Origin: Gammaproteobacteria bacterium
GTDB lineage: Bacteria; Pseudomonadota; Gammaproteobacteria; Eutrophobiales; Eutrophobiaceae
DNA: 64,000 nucleotides
Reading direction: 5' to 3'
Assembly (NCBI GenBank): GCA_965238225.1
Contig: OZ250183.1
Coordinates: 256,001-320,000 of the forward strand
Shown here: one piece after another, positions 10,483 to 20,487 of the stretch
Layout of the letters: each line of letters begins with the position of its first letter
Numbering within the stretch: the first letter of the stretch is position 1
The notes under the pieces: generated by a model
The model's database searches: none
What the model was told of the DNA's origin: nothing
The model's input: the letters and a program-made list of their open reading frames with translations, nothing else
Position numbers and translations under genes: made by a program

Positions 10483-13299
10483 TTAGTGTGCTGCATCCCA
10501 ATTATTGCCAGTACCAATGTCGACCAGTAATGGCACAGCGAGTTTCGCAGCATCGGTCATAATCCTTCTTATTTCAGGTTTTAGTATCTCTACTTTGTCT
10601 TCGTGTATTTCAAATACCAATTCATCATGTACCTGCATGATAAGTTTGACGTCAGGATAATCTTTATTCAAGTAGTTTTGAATATCAATCATTGCGCGTT
10701 TAATGATATCTGCAGCCGTGCCTTGCATCGGCGCATTTACTGCGGTTCGTTCCGCATATTGCCGGCGTGCTGCATTACGATCATTGATCTCGGGTAGGTA
10801 CAGTCGTCGGCCAAAAACTGTTTCAACATATCCTTGTGCTTTGGCTTTTTCTCGGGTTATTTCCATATAGTTTTTAACATCAGGGTAATGTTCAAAATAA
10901 CGATCGACATAATCTTTTGCCTCTCTTCGTGTAATACCTAGTTGCTTGGCCAAGCCAAAAGGAGACATGCCATAGATTAACCCAAAGTTTATTGCCTTGG
11001 CAGCGCGCCTCTCATCGCTGTTTACCTTATCAGGCGCTTTTGCAAAAACCTCTGCAGCTGTTTTTCTGTGTATATCTTCATTTTGACCAAAGGCCGCAAG
11101 CAAATCTTTATCCTCGGAAAGGTGCGCCATAATGCGTAATTCTATCTGGGAATAATCGGCTGCCAATAGCACATAATTTTCCGGGGCTATAAAGGCTTGT
11201 CGGATACGCCGACCCTGCTCTGTTCTAATGGGGATATTTTGCAAATTTGGATCAGAAGAAGACAGTCGGCCTGTTGCAGCAACAGCCTGATGATAAGAAG
11301 TATGTACCCTGCCTGTTGTGGCATCGATCTGCAACGGTAATTTATCAGTATAGGTACTCTTTAATTTGCTCAGGCTGCGATAATCAAGAATCAAACGCGG
11401 CAGTTCATAATTCTGTGCCAGTTCCTGTAGCACAGACTCGGCCGTTGATGGTTGCCCTTTGGGTGTCTTTGCCAGAATGGGCAATTGCATATCCTCATAA
11501 AGAATTTTTTGTATTTGCTTTGGTGAGCTAATATTGAATGGTTGTTTTGCCAGATCACATGCCTCGTGCTCAATTTCACTCAGTTGAGATTCGAGCTCAT
11601 GGCTGTGTTGGATAAGCATATCTGCGTTCACTGCTACACCGTTTCGTTCTACTTGAGACAAAACCGAAAGCAGAGGAATTTCTAAGGTTTCATAAATATA
11701 TTGTAGCTTCTTATTTTTTTGTAGCTCAGGCCATAAATTCTGGTGCAGTTGTAGCGCAATGTCGGCATCTTCCGCAGCATAAGGCGTAGCTTCCTCTATG
11801 GAGACTTGATTGAACGGAATTTGCTTACTGCCCTTACCGGCAATATCTTCATAGCGAGTTGTGGTGCGCTGTAAATAATTTAATGCCAGTGAGCTCATGT
11901 CATGGCGGTTGGCAGTGCTGTCTAGTACATATGATTGCAACATGGAATCATGCACGATACCAGTTAGATTAATATCGTAATTGGCGAGGATATTTTTATC
12001 GTATTTGAGGTTCTGTCCCAGTTTGGGCTTGTTGGGATCTTCTAACAATGGTCGAAGTTTTCCAAGCACCATAACGGCAGGCAACTGTTTTGGCGCAGTT
12101 TCATAATCATGAGCGATAGGAACGTAGGCGGCCTCGCCTGCCTCAGTGGAAAATGAAAGCCCAACCAGTTGCGCTGTCATGTAATCAAGGCTGGTGGTCT
12201 CGGTATCAAAAGCAAACAGCTTAGAGCGTTCAAGTTTTTCTAGCCAGAAATTAAGTGCGTCAGATGTGAGTATGGTTTCATAGTTTTGTCTGTCTGTGCT
12301 TGTAATTTTTAGTATTGGTTTGTGGGTGGGCTGCGCCACCGTTATTGCCTTTTCATATTTTTCTGTTACAGGCGCTGTCTGTGACGGTGTATGTGCCCTT
12401 TCGTCATTGTTATTTTTTGTACGATCAAGCTCAGAAAGCCAGCTTCTAAAACGCCATTGGCTATAGGAATTTCTGAGCGCCTGCTTGTCTCGTTTTGTTC
12501 GCACCAGTTCATGAGGTTTGAATTCCAAGCCAACATCAAGCTTCAGCGTGACCAGTTTTTTAGAGATGTAAAGCTGTTCTAGATTGGCACGCAGGTTTTC
12601 TCCAACCTTACCCTTTATATCTTCAGCATGTTCGATAATATTCTGCATAGAGCCATATTCAGACAACCATTTGACCGCTGTCTTCGGGCCGACCTTCGGG
12701 ATACCGGGGACGTTATCGGAGCTATCTCCCATTAAGGCAAGATAATCAATAATAGAAGCAGGCGGCACGCCATACTTTTTGATAACACCATCTCTGTCTA
12801 GAACCGTATTATTTGTGGTATTGATAAGCCGGACGTGGTCATCCACCAGCTGCGCAAGGTCTTTATCACCTGTTGCTACATAGGTTTTTAAGCTTTGTTG
12901 GCTGGCCTTAGTTGCTAACGTACCGATAACATCGTCTGCTTCTACACCATCAATCATCAATATAGGAACCCCGAGAGCACGAATAAGGCTGTGAATGGGT
13001 TCTATTTGACGAACAAGATCGTCCGGCATTGGCGGCCTATGTGCCTTATATTCAGCATACATATCGTTACGAAAGGTTTTACCTTTGGCATCAAAAACTA
13101 CGGCTAGATAATCTGGCTGGTATTTATTGATTAGTTTATTCAGCATATTGATTACACCAAAAATTGCGCCTGTAGGCTCACCTTTGTCGTTATTTAACTT
13201 CGGCATGCCATGGTAGGCGCGGAACATGTAGTACGAACCATCGACTAGAACGAATTTTTTATTATCCATTTTTACTGTGGGGATGTCTGAAGTTGCCAT
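10483..13299 (-). CDS. polA: DNA polymerase I
   Basis: 5'-3' exonuclease (LVDGS, EADD, GDSSDN), 3'-5' exonuclease DTETT, polymerase DYSQIELR, KAINFG.IYG, QVHDE. Confidence 0.99.
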   Translation of the reverse strand: MATSDIPTVKMDNKKFVLVDGSYYMFRAYHGMPKLNNDKGEPTGAIFGVINMLNKLINKYQPDYLAVVFDAKGKTFRNDMYAEYKAHRPPMPDDLVRQIEPIHSLIRALGVPILMIDGVEADDVIGTLATKASQQSLKTYVATGDKDLAQLVDDHVRLINTTNNTVLDRDGVIKKYGVPPASIIDYLALMGDSSDNVPGIPKVGPKTAVKWLSEYGSMQNIIEHAEDIKGKVGENLRANLEQLYISKKLVTLKLDVGLEFKPHELVRTKRDKQALRNSYSQWRFRSWLSELDRTKNNNDERAHTPSQTAPVTEKYEKAITVAQPTHKPILKITSTDRQNYETILTSDALNFWLEKLERSKLFAFDTETTSLDYMTAQLVGLSFSTEAGEAAYVPIAHDYETAPKQLPAVMVLGKLRPLLEDPNKPKLGQNLKYDKNILANYDINLTGIVHDSMLQSYVLDSTANRHDMSSLALNYLQRTTTRYEDIAGKGSKQIPFNQVSIEEATPYAAEDADIALQLHQNLWPELQKNKKLQYIYETLEIPLLSVLSQVERNGVAVNADMLIQHSHELESQLSEIEHEACDLAKQPFNISSPKQIQKILYEDMQLPILAKTPKGQPSTAESVLQELAQNYELPRLILDYRSLSKLKSTYTDKLPLQIDATTGRVHTSYHQAVAATGRLSSSDPNLQNIPIRTEQGRRIRQAFIAPENYVLLAADYSQIELRIMAHLSEDKDLLAAFGQNEDIHRKTAAEVFAKAPDKVNSDERRAAKAINFGLIYGMSPFGLAKQLGITRREAKDYVDRYFEHYPDVKNYMEITREKAKAQGYVETVFGRRLYLPEINDRNAARRQYAERTAVNAPMQGTAADIIKRAMIDIQNYLNKDYPDVKLIMQVHDELVFEIHEDKVEILKPEIRRIMTDAAKLAVPLLVDIGTGNNWDAAH

Positions 13300-13518
13300 G
13301 CGCGTTAAATATGATTTTCAAATATGGTTTATTGTTCTCGCATTATGAATGATCAGGACAGATCTGCCCAACCATTCAGACACTATAGAGATATTTCGCT
13401 CAAGTTTTCTGTAATTCGCATAGTTTTAAAGATTGTTTTTGATACACTTGAATTGCAAGGTCTAAGGCTTATGCCAGTATTTACCCTGTTAAGTTTTGTT
13501 GGAAACAGATAGAGTCAG

Positions 13519-13884
13519 ATGAATAAATTACAATTATTAAAATTAATACTTGCCACCCTCCCATTGGTGTCTTTTCCTGTATTTGCCGATGCCGAGAGTC
13601 ATCTTGGGCTCGAATACATTAATATCCCCAAGCCCCCTGAATTACCAGACCCTACAGAAAGTGGCGAAATACTTGAGCCTGAGATTACCATCGTGCCTAG
13701 CGATGATGGCGGAACCATTACCGAATATCGCGTTAATGGCAATTTATATCAGGTAAAAATCATTCCAACAGTCGGTCTATCTTATTACTTGATAGACAGG
13801 GACGGGGATGGAAAAATGGATTGCAGGCTTAATAATATCTACGATGATATTTGTATTCCACAATGGATACTGTTTAGTTGGTAA
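13519..13884 (+). CDS. DUF2782-type exported protein
   Basis: Signal peptide, EPEITI, EYRVNG.LY.VKI.P, YYL.D.DGDG, P.W..FSW; divergent from polA as usual. Confidence 0.8.
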   Translation: MNKLQLLKLILATLPLVSFPVFADAESHLGLEYINIPKPPELPDPTESGEILEPEITIVPSDDGGTITEYRVNGNLYQVKIIPTVGLSYYLIDRDGDGKMDCRLNNIYDDICIPQWILFSW

Positions 13885-13960
13885 GATTTATATTAAAAAG
13901 TTATAAAGGAATCTTTAAAGTCGCAGCGCGATTTAGAAGTTAACGCACAGCAAGCACTTG

Positions 13961-14621
13961 TCAATGTCGCGATGCAGTTCTAGCGGTTAATGTTTGTGCG
14001 CCTTTATTGTTTCTATATTTAATAAGTTTATTAAAATCCTCAAGCTTAAAGATTGAAGATACATTATTATAAAGTGTTTGTATATTATCCATACCATTAA
14101 ATTCCTGCCTATCCACAAGCACAATCACACCAACAATATAATAACCCGCATCTACAAATGCCTTACAGGCTTCAATAGTAGACGCACCTGTTGTGACCAC
14201 ATCATCCACAACAACAATCTTAGTGCCCTTGGGTTGTTGGTGTTCAATCCTAGCCAATGTCCCGTGCTCCTTGGTTTGTTTACGCACGATACAGCCTGTT
14301 TGTAATACCAAACCTTGCTTCAAATGCTTTCTGAATGACACCAGCAACAATGAAATCCGCACCCATGGTAAGTCCACCAATGGCAGTTGGTGTTGTCTTA
14401 AACTCTTTGATTCTTTTAAGGAACGCTGCGGATACTAGGGATAACCCCTCGCCATCTAGGGTTACTTGTTTGCAATCGAAATAAAAGTCTGATTGTATAC
14501 CTGTGCTTAGGGTAAAGTTACCTATTTTAAGGCAGCAACCTTCTATAAGTTCGCGCAAGATTTCTTTTGAATTACCTGTTTCAGGGTGAGCACTTCCAGC
14601 GGAATTCATTTTAGCACTCAT
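13961..14621 (-). pseudogene. pyrE: Orotate phosphoribosyltransferase, split by a single-base frameshift near 14315
   Basis: 5' frame has FTLSTG.QSDFYFDCK and GGLTMGAD; overlapping 3' frame has IVRK..KEHGT and the PRPP motif VVVDDVVTTGAS. Confidence 0.8.
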
Positions 14622-14741
14622 CACCATAAGGATATCGCCACCAAAGCAGTCAATAGTTACGTCTCGCAATGTATCCGTTTCTGACGTAACCGTCAATATC
14701 CCTTAGTTTAAACTATATTTAACTTGCAACCATCATTAATA

Positions 14742-16097
14742 TTACGAGACTAAAAATATTGAAGCCAATCCCAGAAAAGTCATAAATCCAACCACATCCG
14801 TCACCGTCGTTAGCACCACTCCCCCTGCGATTGCCGGATCAACCCCATACTGTTTCAAACATAAAGGAATTACTGCGCCCGCTAATGCCGCAACCAGTAA
14901 ATTCACAAGCATTGCAAGACCAATAATAAAACCAAGCGAAATATCACCAAACCAAAATACAACAACGGCAGCAACCACACATGCCCATATCAAGCCATTT
15001 AACAAACCAACAGACACCTCTTTTAACATCAAGGCGCGTATATTGCTTTTACCTAATTGACCCAGCGCAATACCTCGAATGGCAATCGTTAGAGTCTGGC
15101 TACCAGCTACACCACCCATGCCAGCAACGACAGGCATAAGCACGGCAAGCGCGACCAGTTGCTGAATGGTGTCTTCAAAACGACCAATAACCCAAGCACC
15201 AAGAAAAGCGGTTGCCATGTTAATTCCCAACCAAACGGCTCGGTGCCTTATGCTTGTGACTACTGGCGCAAACATATCATCATCACTGAGGCCGGCCATG
15301 CTTCTCACGGTTTGTTCCGCTTCCCCCTGAATCACATTGACAACATCATCCACAGTGATACGGCCAAGCAATATGCTCTCGTCATTTACTACGGCGGCAG
15401 AAACAAGGTCGTATCGTTCAAAGACCTTGACAACTTCATTGGCGGAGAGATTGGCAGAGATTCCAGCTTCTTCTTTCATCAGTTCACCGACACGCTGTTT
15501 AGAATTCCCGACCAGAATATCCATTACTATTAGCACACCCAGATATTGATTATTCCTATCAACTACCATCAGGTTATCTGTTTTTTCCGGGATATTGTCC
15601 ATACGCCTTAAATAACGGATCACTACATCTAACGTTATATCAGCACGTACTAGAATGACATCTGTATTCATCAGGCCGCCGGCTGTATCTTTGGAATGTG
15701 CTAAAACAGAAGTCAGGCGTTCTCTGTTTTGTTTATCCATGGACAGTAATACGCTATTTTGGATGTCTTCTGGCAGATCCTGAATGATATCGGCGACATC
15801 ATCTGTTTCTAGATCTTTGGTTACCTCCACAACTTCTTTAGGTTGCATTATCTCTAGGAGATCAGCGCGTACCGAATCTTGTAGATGAGCTAGGACATCC
15901 CCTTCTAAGTCAAACTCAATAAGATTCCATATTTTTTTACGGGATTTTCCTGGCAAGCTTTCAAGAAAATCTGCAATTTCTGAAGGGTGCATTTCGGACA
16001 GAAAGGAACGGGCGCGATCAAAAGATTCGCTTGCAAGGAGTTCGTGCAGTTCTGTAAAGGTGTCTTGCGTTGTGCTTTTTTGTATCAGATCACTCAT
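14742..16097 (-). CDS. mgtE: Magnesium transporter MgtE
   Basis: MgtE N-domain, CBS pair (TAGGLM, GRITVDD), GMGG.AGSQ, DPA..GGV..TT.TD. Confidence 0.95.
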   Translation of the reverse strand: MSDLIQKSTTQDTFTELHELLASESFDRARSFLSEMHPSEIADFLESLPGKSRKKIWNLIEFDLEGDVLAHLQDSVRADLLEIMQPKEVVEVTKDLETDDVADIIQDLPEDIQNSVLLSMDKQNRERLTSVLAHSKDTAGGLMNTDVILVRADITLDVVIRYLRRMDNIPEKTDNLMVVDRNNQYLGVLIVMDILVGNSKQRVGELMKEEAGISANLSANEVVKVFERYDLVSAAVVNDESILLGRITVDDVVNVIQGEAEQTVRSMAGLSDDDMFAPVVTSIRHRAVWLGINMATAFLGAWVIGRFEDTIQQLVALAVLMPVVAGMGGVAGSQTLTIAIRGIALGQLGKSNIRALMLKEVSVGLLNGLIWACVVAAVVVFWFGDISLGFIIGLAMLVNLLVAALAGAVIPLCLKQYGVDPAIAGGVVLTTVTDVVGFMTFLGLASIFLVS

Positions 16098-16240
16098 GAT
16101 TAATGTCTCGAATAGATAAGACAAGTGTAACAGCCAGGAAAAAGAATAGGCAGAGGAATGTGTTTTTAGCTTGCCAGCTTATTTGCGTTTAATGTCATTA
16201 GAATTTTCTGAGAAATTTTTTAAAAAAGATTGCCTTGTTG

Positions 16241-17977
16241 TCAGGGTTTGGTCTCGCGCATAATGTTGGCAACCTCAACACCATCGCTTGCATTTAGTGC
16301 TTGTTTGGTCAGCATTTCAAGTTCTCTTATATTGCTGTCGATGATGATCTGTTTAATTTTCAGCAAGGTCGCAGGATGGACACTGAATTCGCGCAGGCCA
16401 AGCCCCAGTAAGAGACGTGTATATTTTGTTTCACCTGCCATTTCTCCACACATCGCGACTGGAATCTTTTCTTTTTTGCCGGACTTAATTGTGTTTAGAA
16501 TTAACCTTAGTACCGCTGGATTCAGCGGATCATATAAATAGTTGACCTCACCGTTTACACGGTCAATGGCCATGGTGTACTGAATTAAATCATTGGTGCC
16601 AATAGATAAAAAATCCAGTTGTTTGGCAAAGATGTCAGCACAGACTGCGGCAGCAGGAACTTCTATCATGCCACCAATCTGTAGATCATGATCATAAGGG
16701 ATGTCAAGCTCACTAAGTTCCCCTTTAATTTTATTTATCATCTGCAAGACTTGTTGCATTTCATGTATGTTGGAGAGCATTGGTATTAGAATCCGAATAG
16801 AGCCATGCGCCGAGGCACGAATAATCGCACGTAACTGCGGGCGGAATAGGGCAGGTTCTTTCAGGCATAATCTTATCGCGCGCAAGCCAAGTGCAGGGTT
16901 GGTTGTGACCGAACCGTTTTGACTGCCACCATCAACCTGTTTGTCGGCACCCAGATCTAAAGTTCGAATAGTTAAGGGCAGCCCTTTGAGGGCATCAATG
17001 ACTTTTTTGTAAGTGTTGTAGTGCTCTTCTTCATCAGGAGGGGACTCCCGATTCATGTAAAGGAATTCTGTACGGTACAGGCCAACGCCACTGGCTCCGA
17101 CCTCAACAACCGTTTTAAAATCTTTTGGTAGCTCAATATTCGCATGCAATGTGATAAGGGTTTCATCAAGTGTAATCGCAGGCTTATTTTTGAGTTTTTT
17201 AAGTTTGCTGAAGTAACGTTTTTCTTTCTTTTGTAAACTTTGGTAGTGTGATAGTTCGCGTTTGTCTGGGTCAATTAGGATGATGCCACATGATCCGTCA
17301 AGAATAATTTCTTCGTCATCATTGACATAACGTAAAGCATTTCTCAGCCCAACGATTGTCGGAATGCCAAGGCTGCGAGCCAAAATAGCTGTGTGTGATG
17401 TCGGCCCACCAAGCTCTGTGGCAAAGGCGGCAATGCCATGATGTTGCATTAATACTGTATCGGCAGGTGTTAAATCATTAGCCATAACAATATAATTTGC
17501 CAATTGTTGGTCGGCTTTTTCGTGTCGTAGTGGCGTCTGTTTCAGTAGCACACGCTGAATATGGTTAACAACATACTCTACATCATCCTTGCGCGTGCGC
17601 AAATAGGCATCATCCATTTCATCAAATACGGCAACCAATGCATCGCGCTGAAGCTTTAGTGCCCACTCAGCATTGCAGGAGAGCTCCTTTATTAGGCGCA
17701 TCGGTTCTTTGCTTAAGGCAACATCATCCAACATCAATAGGTGTGTGTCGATGAAGGCTTTAATGTTGATGCTGGTAGAGTCAGGAATATGTTTGCGAAT
17801 TGCCCGAAGTTGTTGTCGAGTATTTGTTAGTGCATTTTTAAAACGTTGTATCTCATCAGAAATCTGGTGTTTTTTTATGTTGTATTCACGAATATCAAGA
17901 TCATCTCTTTTAACGATATGGACTTTGCCGATGGCAATCCCCGCAGATACCCCTACGCCATGCAATGCGATCGTCAT
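16241..17977 (-). CDS. ptsI: PEP-protein phosphotransferase (Enzyme I, no GAF domain)
   Basis: GGPTSHTAILARS, GLYRTEFL, RTLDLGADK, SIGTNDL.QY, CGEMAG. Confidence 0.95.
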   Translation of the reverse strand: MTIALHGVGVSAGIAIGKVHIVKRDDLDIREYNIKKHQISDEIQRFKNALTNTRQQLRAIRKHIPDSTSINIKAFIDTHLLMLDDVALSKEPMRLIKELSCNAEWALKLQRDALVAVFDEMDDAYLRTRKDDVEYVVNHIQRVLLKQTPLRHEKADQQLANYIVMANDLTPADTVLMQHHGIAAFATELGGPTSHTAILARSLGIPTIVGLRNALRYVNDDEEIILDGSCGIILIDPDKRELSHYQSLQKKEKRYFSKLKKLKNKPAITLDETLITLHANIELPKDFKTVVEVGASGVGLYRTEFLYMNRESPPDEEEHYNTYKKVIDALKGLPLTIRTLDLGADKQVDGGSQNGSVTTNPALGLRAIRLCLKEPALFRPQLRAIIRASAHGSIRILIPMLSNIHEMQQVLQMINKIKGELSELDIPYDHDLQIGGMIEVPAAAVCADIFAKQLDFLSIGTNDLIQYTMAIDRVNGEVNYLYDPLNPAVLRLILNTIKSGKKEKIPVAMCGEMAGETKYTRLLLGLGLREFSVHPATLLKIKQIIIDSNIRELEMLTKQALNASDGVEVANIMRETKP

Positions 17978-18243
17978 TCACCTTCTCCAAAACGATCCAG
18001 TAATGTATTTTTCAGAGCATCCAGCGCTTTAGCTTCATCGCTACCATATGCAATGATTTCAATTTTTGCACCCTTACCAGCTGCCAACATCATTACTCCC
18101 ATAATGCTTTTGCCATTGACTTCTTTGCCGTCATATTTAAGGCTAATTTTGCAGCTAAAGTCTGAGGCAATCTGTACAAATTTAGCTGCCGCACGAGCAT
18201 GCAGTCCAAACTTATTGACAATCGTGACTATTCTCGTTGCCAT
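17974..18243 (-). CDS. ptsH: Phosphocarrier protein HPr/NPr
   Basis: GLHARAA (His15) and GKSIMGVMML (Ser46). Confidence 0.93.
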   Translation of the reverse strand: MATRIVTIVNKFGLHARAAAKFVQIASDFSCKISLKYDGKEVNGKSIMGVMMLAAGKGAKIEIIAYGSDEAKALDALKNTLLDRFGEGE

Positions 18244-18245
18244 AA

Positions 18246-18641
18246 TTAACGCTCTTGCATTATCCTGGAGATACCATCCTTGCCGCCGCTGACTGCTTTT
18301 TTAGAGAGCTCTTTAAGAGTGAGCTTAGGATAGTTAAACACACGAATCAACATGGAAAGATTTAAACCAGAAACAACATGTATACGTCTTTCTGAGGCGA
18401 GCTTTCGTGCAATATTACAGGGTGTTGAGCCAAACAGATCTGTTAACACAAGAACACCCTCCCCAGTATCCAGCAGCTCTATTAGCTTATTGGCATCTTC
18501 GGCTAGCTCATTTGGATCACAATCAAGAGAGACAGGTAATAGTTTTGTTTGTAGGGGACAATTATTTAGCATCGATGTAGCAGCGCCAAGCAATGCAGTG
18601 CCAATACCGTTATGACCTATAATTAAAACACCAATACTCAT
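18246..18641 (-). CDS. PTS EIIA component, mannose/fructose type (stand-alone)
   Basis: IIGH.G, GVLVLTDLFGSTP.N, SGLNL.ML; start moved to MSIGVL at 18641. Confidence 0.9.
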   Translation of the reverse strand: MSIGVLIIGHNGIGTALLGAATSMLNNCPLQTKLLPVSLDCDPNELAEDANKLIELLDTGEGVLVLTDLFGSTPCNIARKLASERRIHVVSGLNLSMLIRVFNYPKLTLKELSKKAVSGGKDGISRIMQER

Positions 18642-18657
18642 AAACATGCCTCTCTTA

Positions 18658-18830
18658 TTAAATATCTTTGTGATTAATGACAATGTGTTTCGCTTGCTAG
18701 CGAAAGTAATCGGTAAGCTTTTCTGTCAAATAAATAAAAGTAGTATCGTTTGCAGAGACCCGAATCTTTAAAGGCGTACAAAGCAACACATCTTCAGTCG
18801 CTGCAAGTTTATTTGCCGCGCTCAGTTGTT
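18658..18830 (-). pseudogene. rapZ: Remnant of RNase adapter RapZ (YhbJ)
   Basis: Between hprK and EIIA; 18658-18738 reads IYLTEKLTDYFR*QAKHIVINHKDI* (RapZ C-terminus with an internal stop); 18752-18787 reads VALYAFKDSGLC (resembles RapZ N-terminal VALxALEDxGxYC). Confidence 0.7.
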
Positions 18831-18844
18831 TTGCGCCCTTTATA

Positions 18845-19873
18845 TTATTTTTTATTTTGTTTTATAATCATAGTGGTTTGTCTTTTTGCGAATTCTTTAG
18901 AAGCATTATAGCCGCTCATGCGTAACATATGATTCCTCGCGGCACATTCTAGCAAAATGGCGAGGTTTCTGCCTGACGCGACAGGCAATGTAATTTCAGG
19001 TATCTCAAGATCAAGAATAGTCTGTGTAGTGTAACTGCCTTCCAATCGATTGATTTGTTTATTGCTTTCTTCGCTTAAATGTTCAAGCCGTATGATGAGC
19101 CTCAGGTATTTATTGATTTTGATGGCACTGTCTCCAAACAGTTCGCGAACATTGATAATGCCCAGCCCTCTGACTTCAAGGAAATCCTGTAGCGCAGACG
19201 GGCAGGAGCCATTGATGATATCGGGTGCAATACGGGAGAATTGTGGAGCATCATCCGCCACGAGTTGATGTCCGCGAGTAATAAGTTCCAGAGCCAGCTC
19301 ACTTTTACCAACGCCACTTGGCCCAGTTATCAATACGCCGATTGCATGAATTTCCAGATAAACACCATGTAACGTCAAAATATCTGCAAACAAATTGCTT
19401 AGGTAGTAATGTAGTGAGTTTGTGATTTTATTACTGGTCAAAGGGGAGCTTAAAAGAGGAACACTGTGTTCGTTACATTTTCTCTTTAGAAAAGTGGGCG
19501 TGGTCTTGTTGCCGGAAATAATAATGCATGCTGGGTTGGACATAAATAATTGACGAATGGCATCCTGTTTCGAATTACCTTTAAGACTTTCAAAGTATTT
19601 TAGTGCCGTGTCACCAAGAATCTGAATTTGGTGTGGATGGATCAGATTCAGATAGCCCACCAGTGACCCGCTGTCTGTTACCTTTCTTTTTTTTGGTGTT
19701 TTCTTTTTCTTTGCCTGCTTATCTCTTGATTCCTCGGGAAGAATAATATTCGTACTACCTCCCTGTCCCGCTATCCATTTCAGGCCGTATTTTTCAGAGT
19801 GACTATCAAAGAGTTCTTTTACTGTAATTTGACTGATATGTCTGGCATAATGATCACCTTGTAAGTATTTCAT
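18845..19873 (-). CDS. hprK: HPr kinase/phosphorylase
   Basis: HGV, GPSGVGKSELALEL, LVADD, LEVRGLG, PV..GRNL. Confidence 0.95.
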   Translation of the reverse strand: MKYLQGDHYARHISQITVKELFDSHSEKYGLKWIAGQGGSTNIILPEESRDKQAKKKKTPKKRKVTDSGSLVGYLNLIHPHQIQILGDTALKYFESLKGNSKQDAIRQLFMSNPACIIISGNKTTPTFLKRKCNEHSVPLLSSPLTSNKITNSLHYYLSNLFADILTLHGVYLEIHAIGVLITGPSGVGKSELALELITRGHQLVADDAPQFSRIAPDIINGSCPSALQDFLEVRGLGIINVRELFGDSAIKINKYLRLIIRLEHLSEESNKQINRLEGSYTTQTILDLEIPEITLPVASGRNLAILLECAARNHMLRMSGYNASKEFAKRQTTMIIKQNKK

Positions 19874-20300
19874 ATATTCCCTTGACAGTTGTTTCCGATC
19901 TTAGTTGTTTAAGTGTTTTAGGATCGTCAAACATTTCGGCCAGATAAGTCAGAATTCTTAAATGTTCATCGGTGGAATTTTCAGGCACAAGCAGCGCAAA
20001 AAACAGATCGACATGGGCATCATCAATAGCATCATAATTAATTCCATGTTGTAATTGGATAAAGGCAGCAATTGTTTTTTTGCTGCCTTTAAGCCTGCAG
20101 TGTGGTATGGCGACGCCTTTACCAAACCCTGTATTGCCCAGTTTTTCTCTGGCTATCAAGGAGTCTAAAACCTCAATATAGCCAATTGATGGGTCGGTAT
20201 TAGCTAGGAGCTTTGATAATTCTTCTAGGATCGCTTTTTTGCTTGAAAATGTTTGGCCACTAAGGACATTGTCAGAAAAAAGTATTTCTGATATTTGCAT
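19854..20300 (-). CDS. ptsN: PTS EIIA-Ntr
   Basis: REKLG.TG.G.GVAIPHCR; rpoN operon. Confidence 0.93.
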   Translation of the reverse strand: MQISEILFSDNVLSGQTFSSKKAILEELSKLLANTDPSIGYIEVLDSLIAREKLGNTGFGKGVAIPHCRLKGSKKTIAAFIQLQHGINYDAIDDAHVDLFFALLVPENSTDEHLRILTYLAEMFDDPKTLKQLRSETTVKGIYEILTR

Positions 20301-20334
20301 GATTTTTCTATTGTTTGTTTAGGTTTATATTTTT

Positions 20335-20431
20335 TTAACTAGACAGCTTGCAGAGATGATCTTTTAGTTTTTCTTTATGTTTTTGTGTTGGTTATAAAGC
20401 TTGATAGAGGGCTTAAAATGTTAATTTGCAT
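20335..20431 (-). pseudogene. hpf: Remnant of ribosome hibernation promoting factor
   Basis: Between rpoN and ptsN; RBS AGGA then ATG MQINI..., and in another frame KHKEKLKDH near the end; middle of the gene deleted. Confidence 0.75.
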
Positions 20432-20487
20432 TTTTAATTCCTACTATTTTTAATAGTCGCCATTATCGTAATATTAAATAAACGATA

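Noticed and set aside
19820-19873. Out-of-frame ATG at 19848 suggesting a 5' frameshift in hprK
   Set aside because: An in-frame ATG at 19873 with an AAGGGA RBS inside the ptsN 3' end gives an intact gene.
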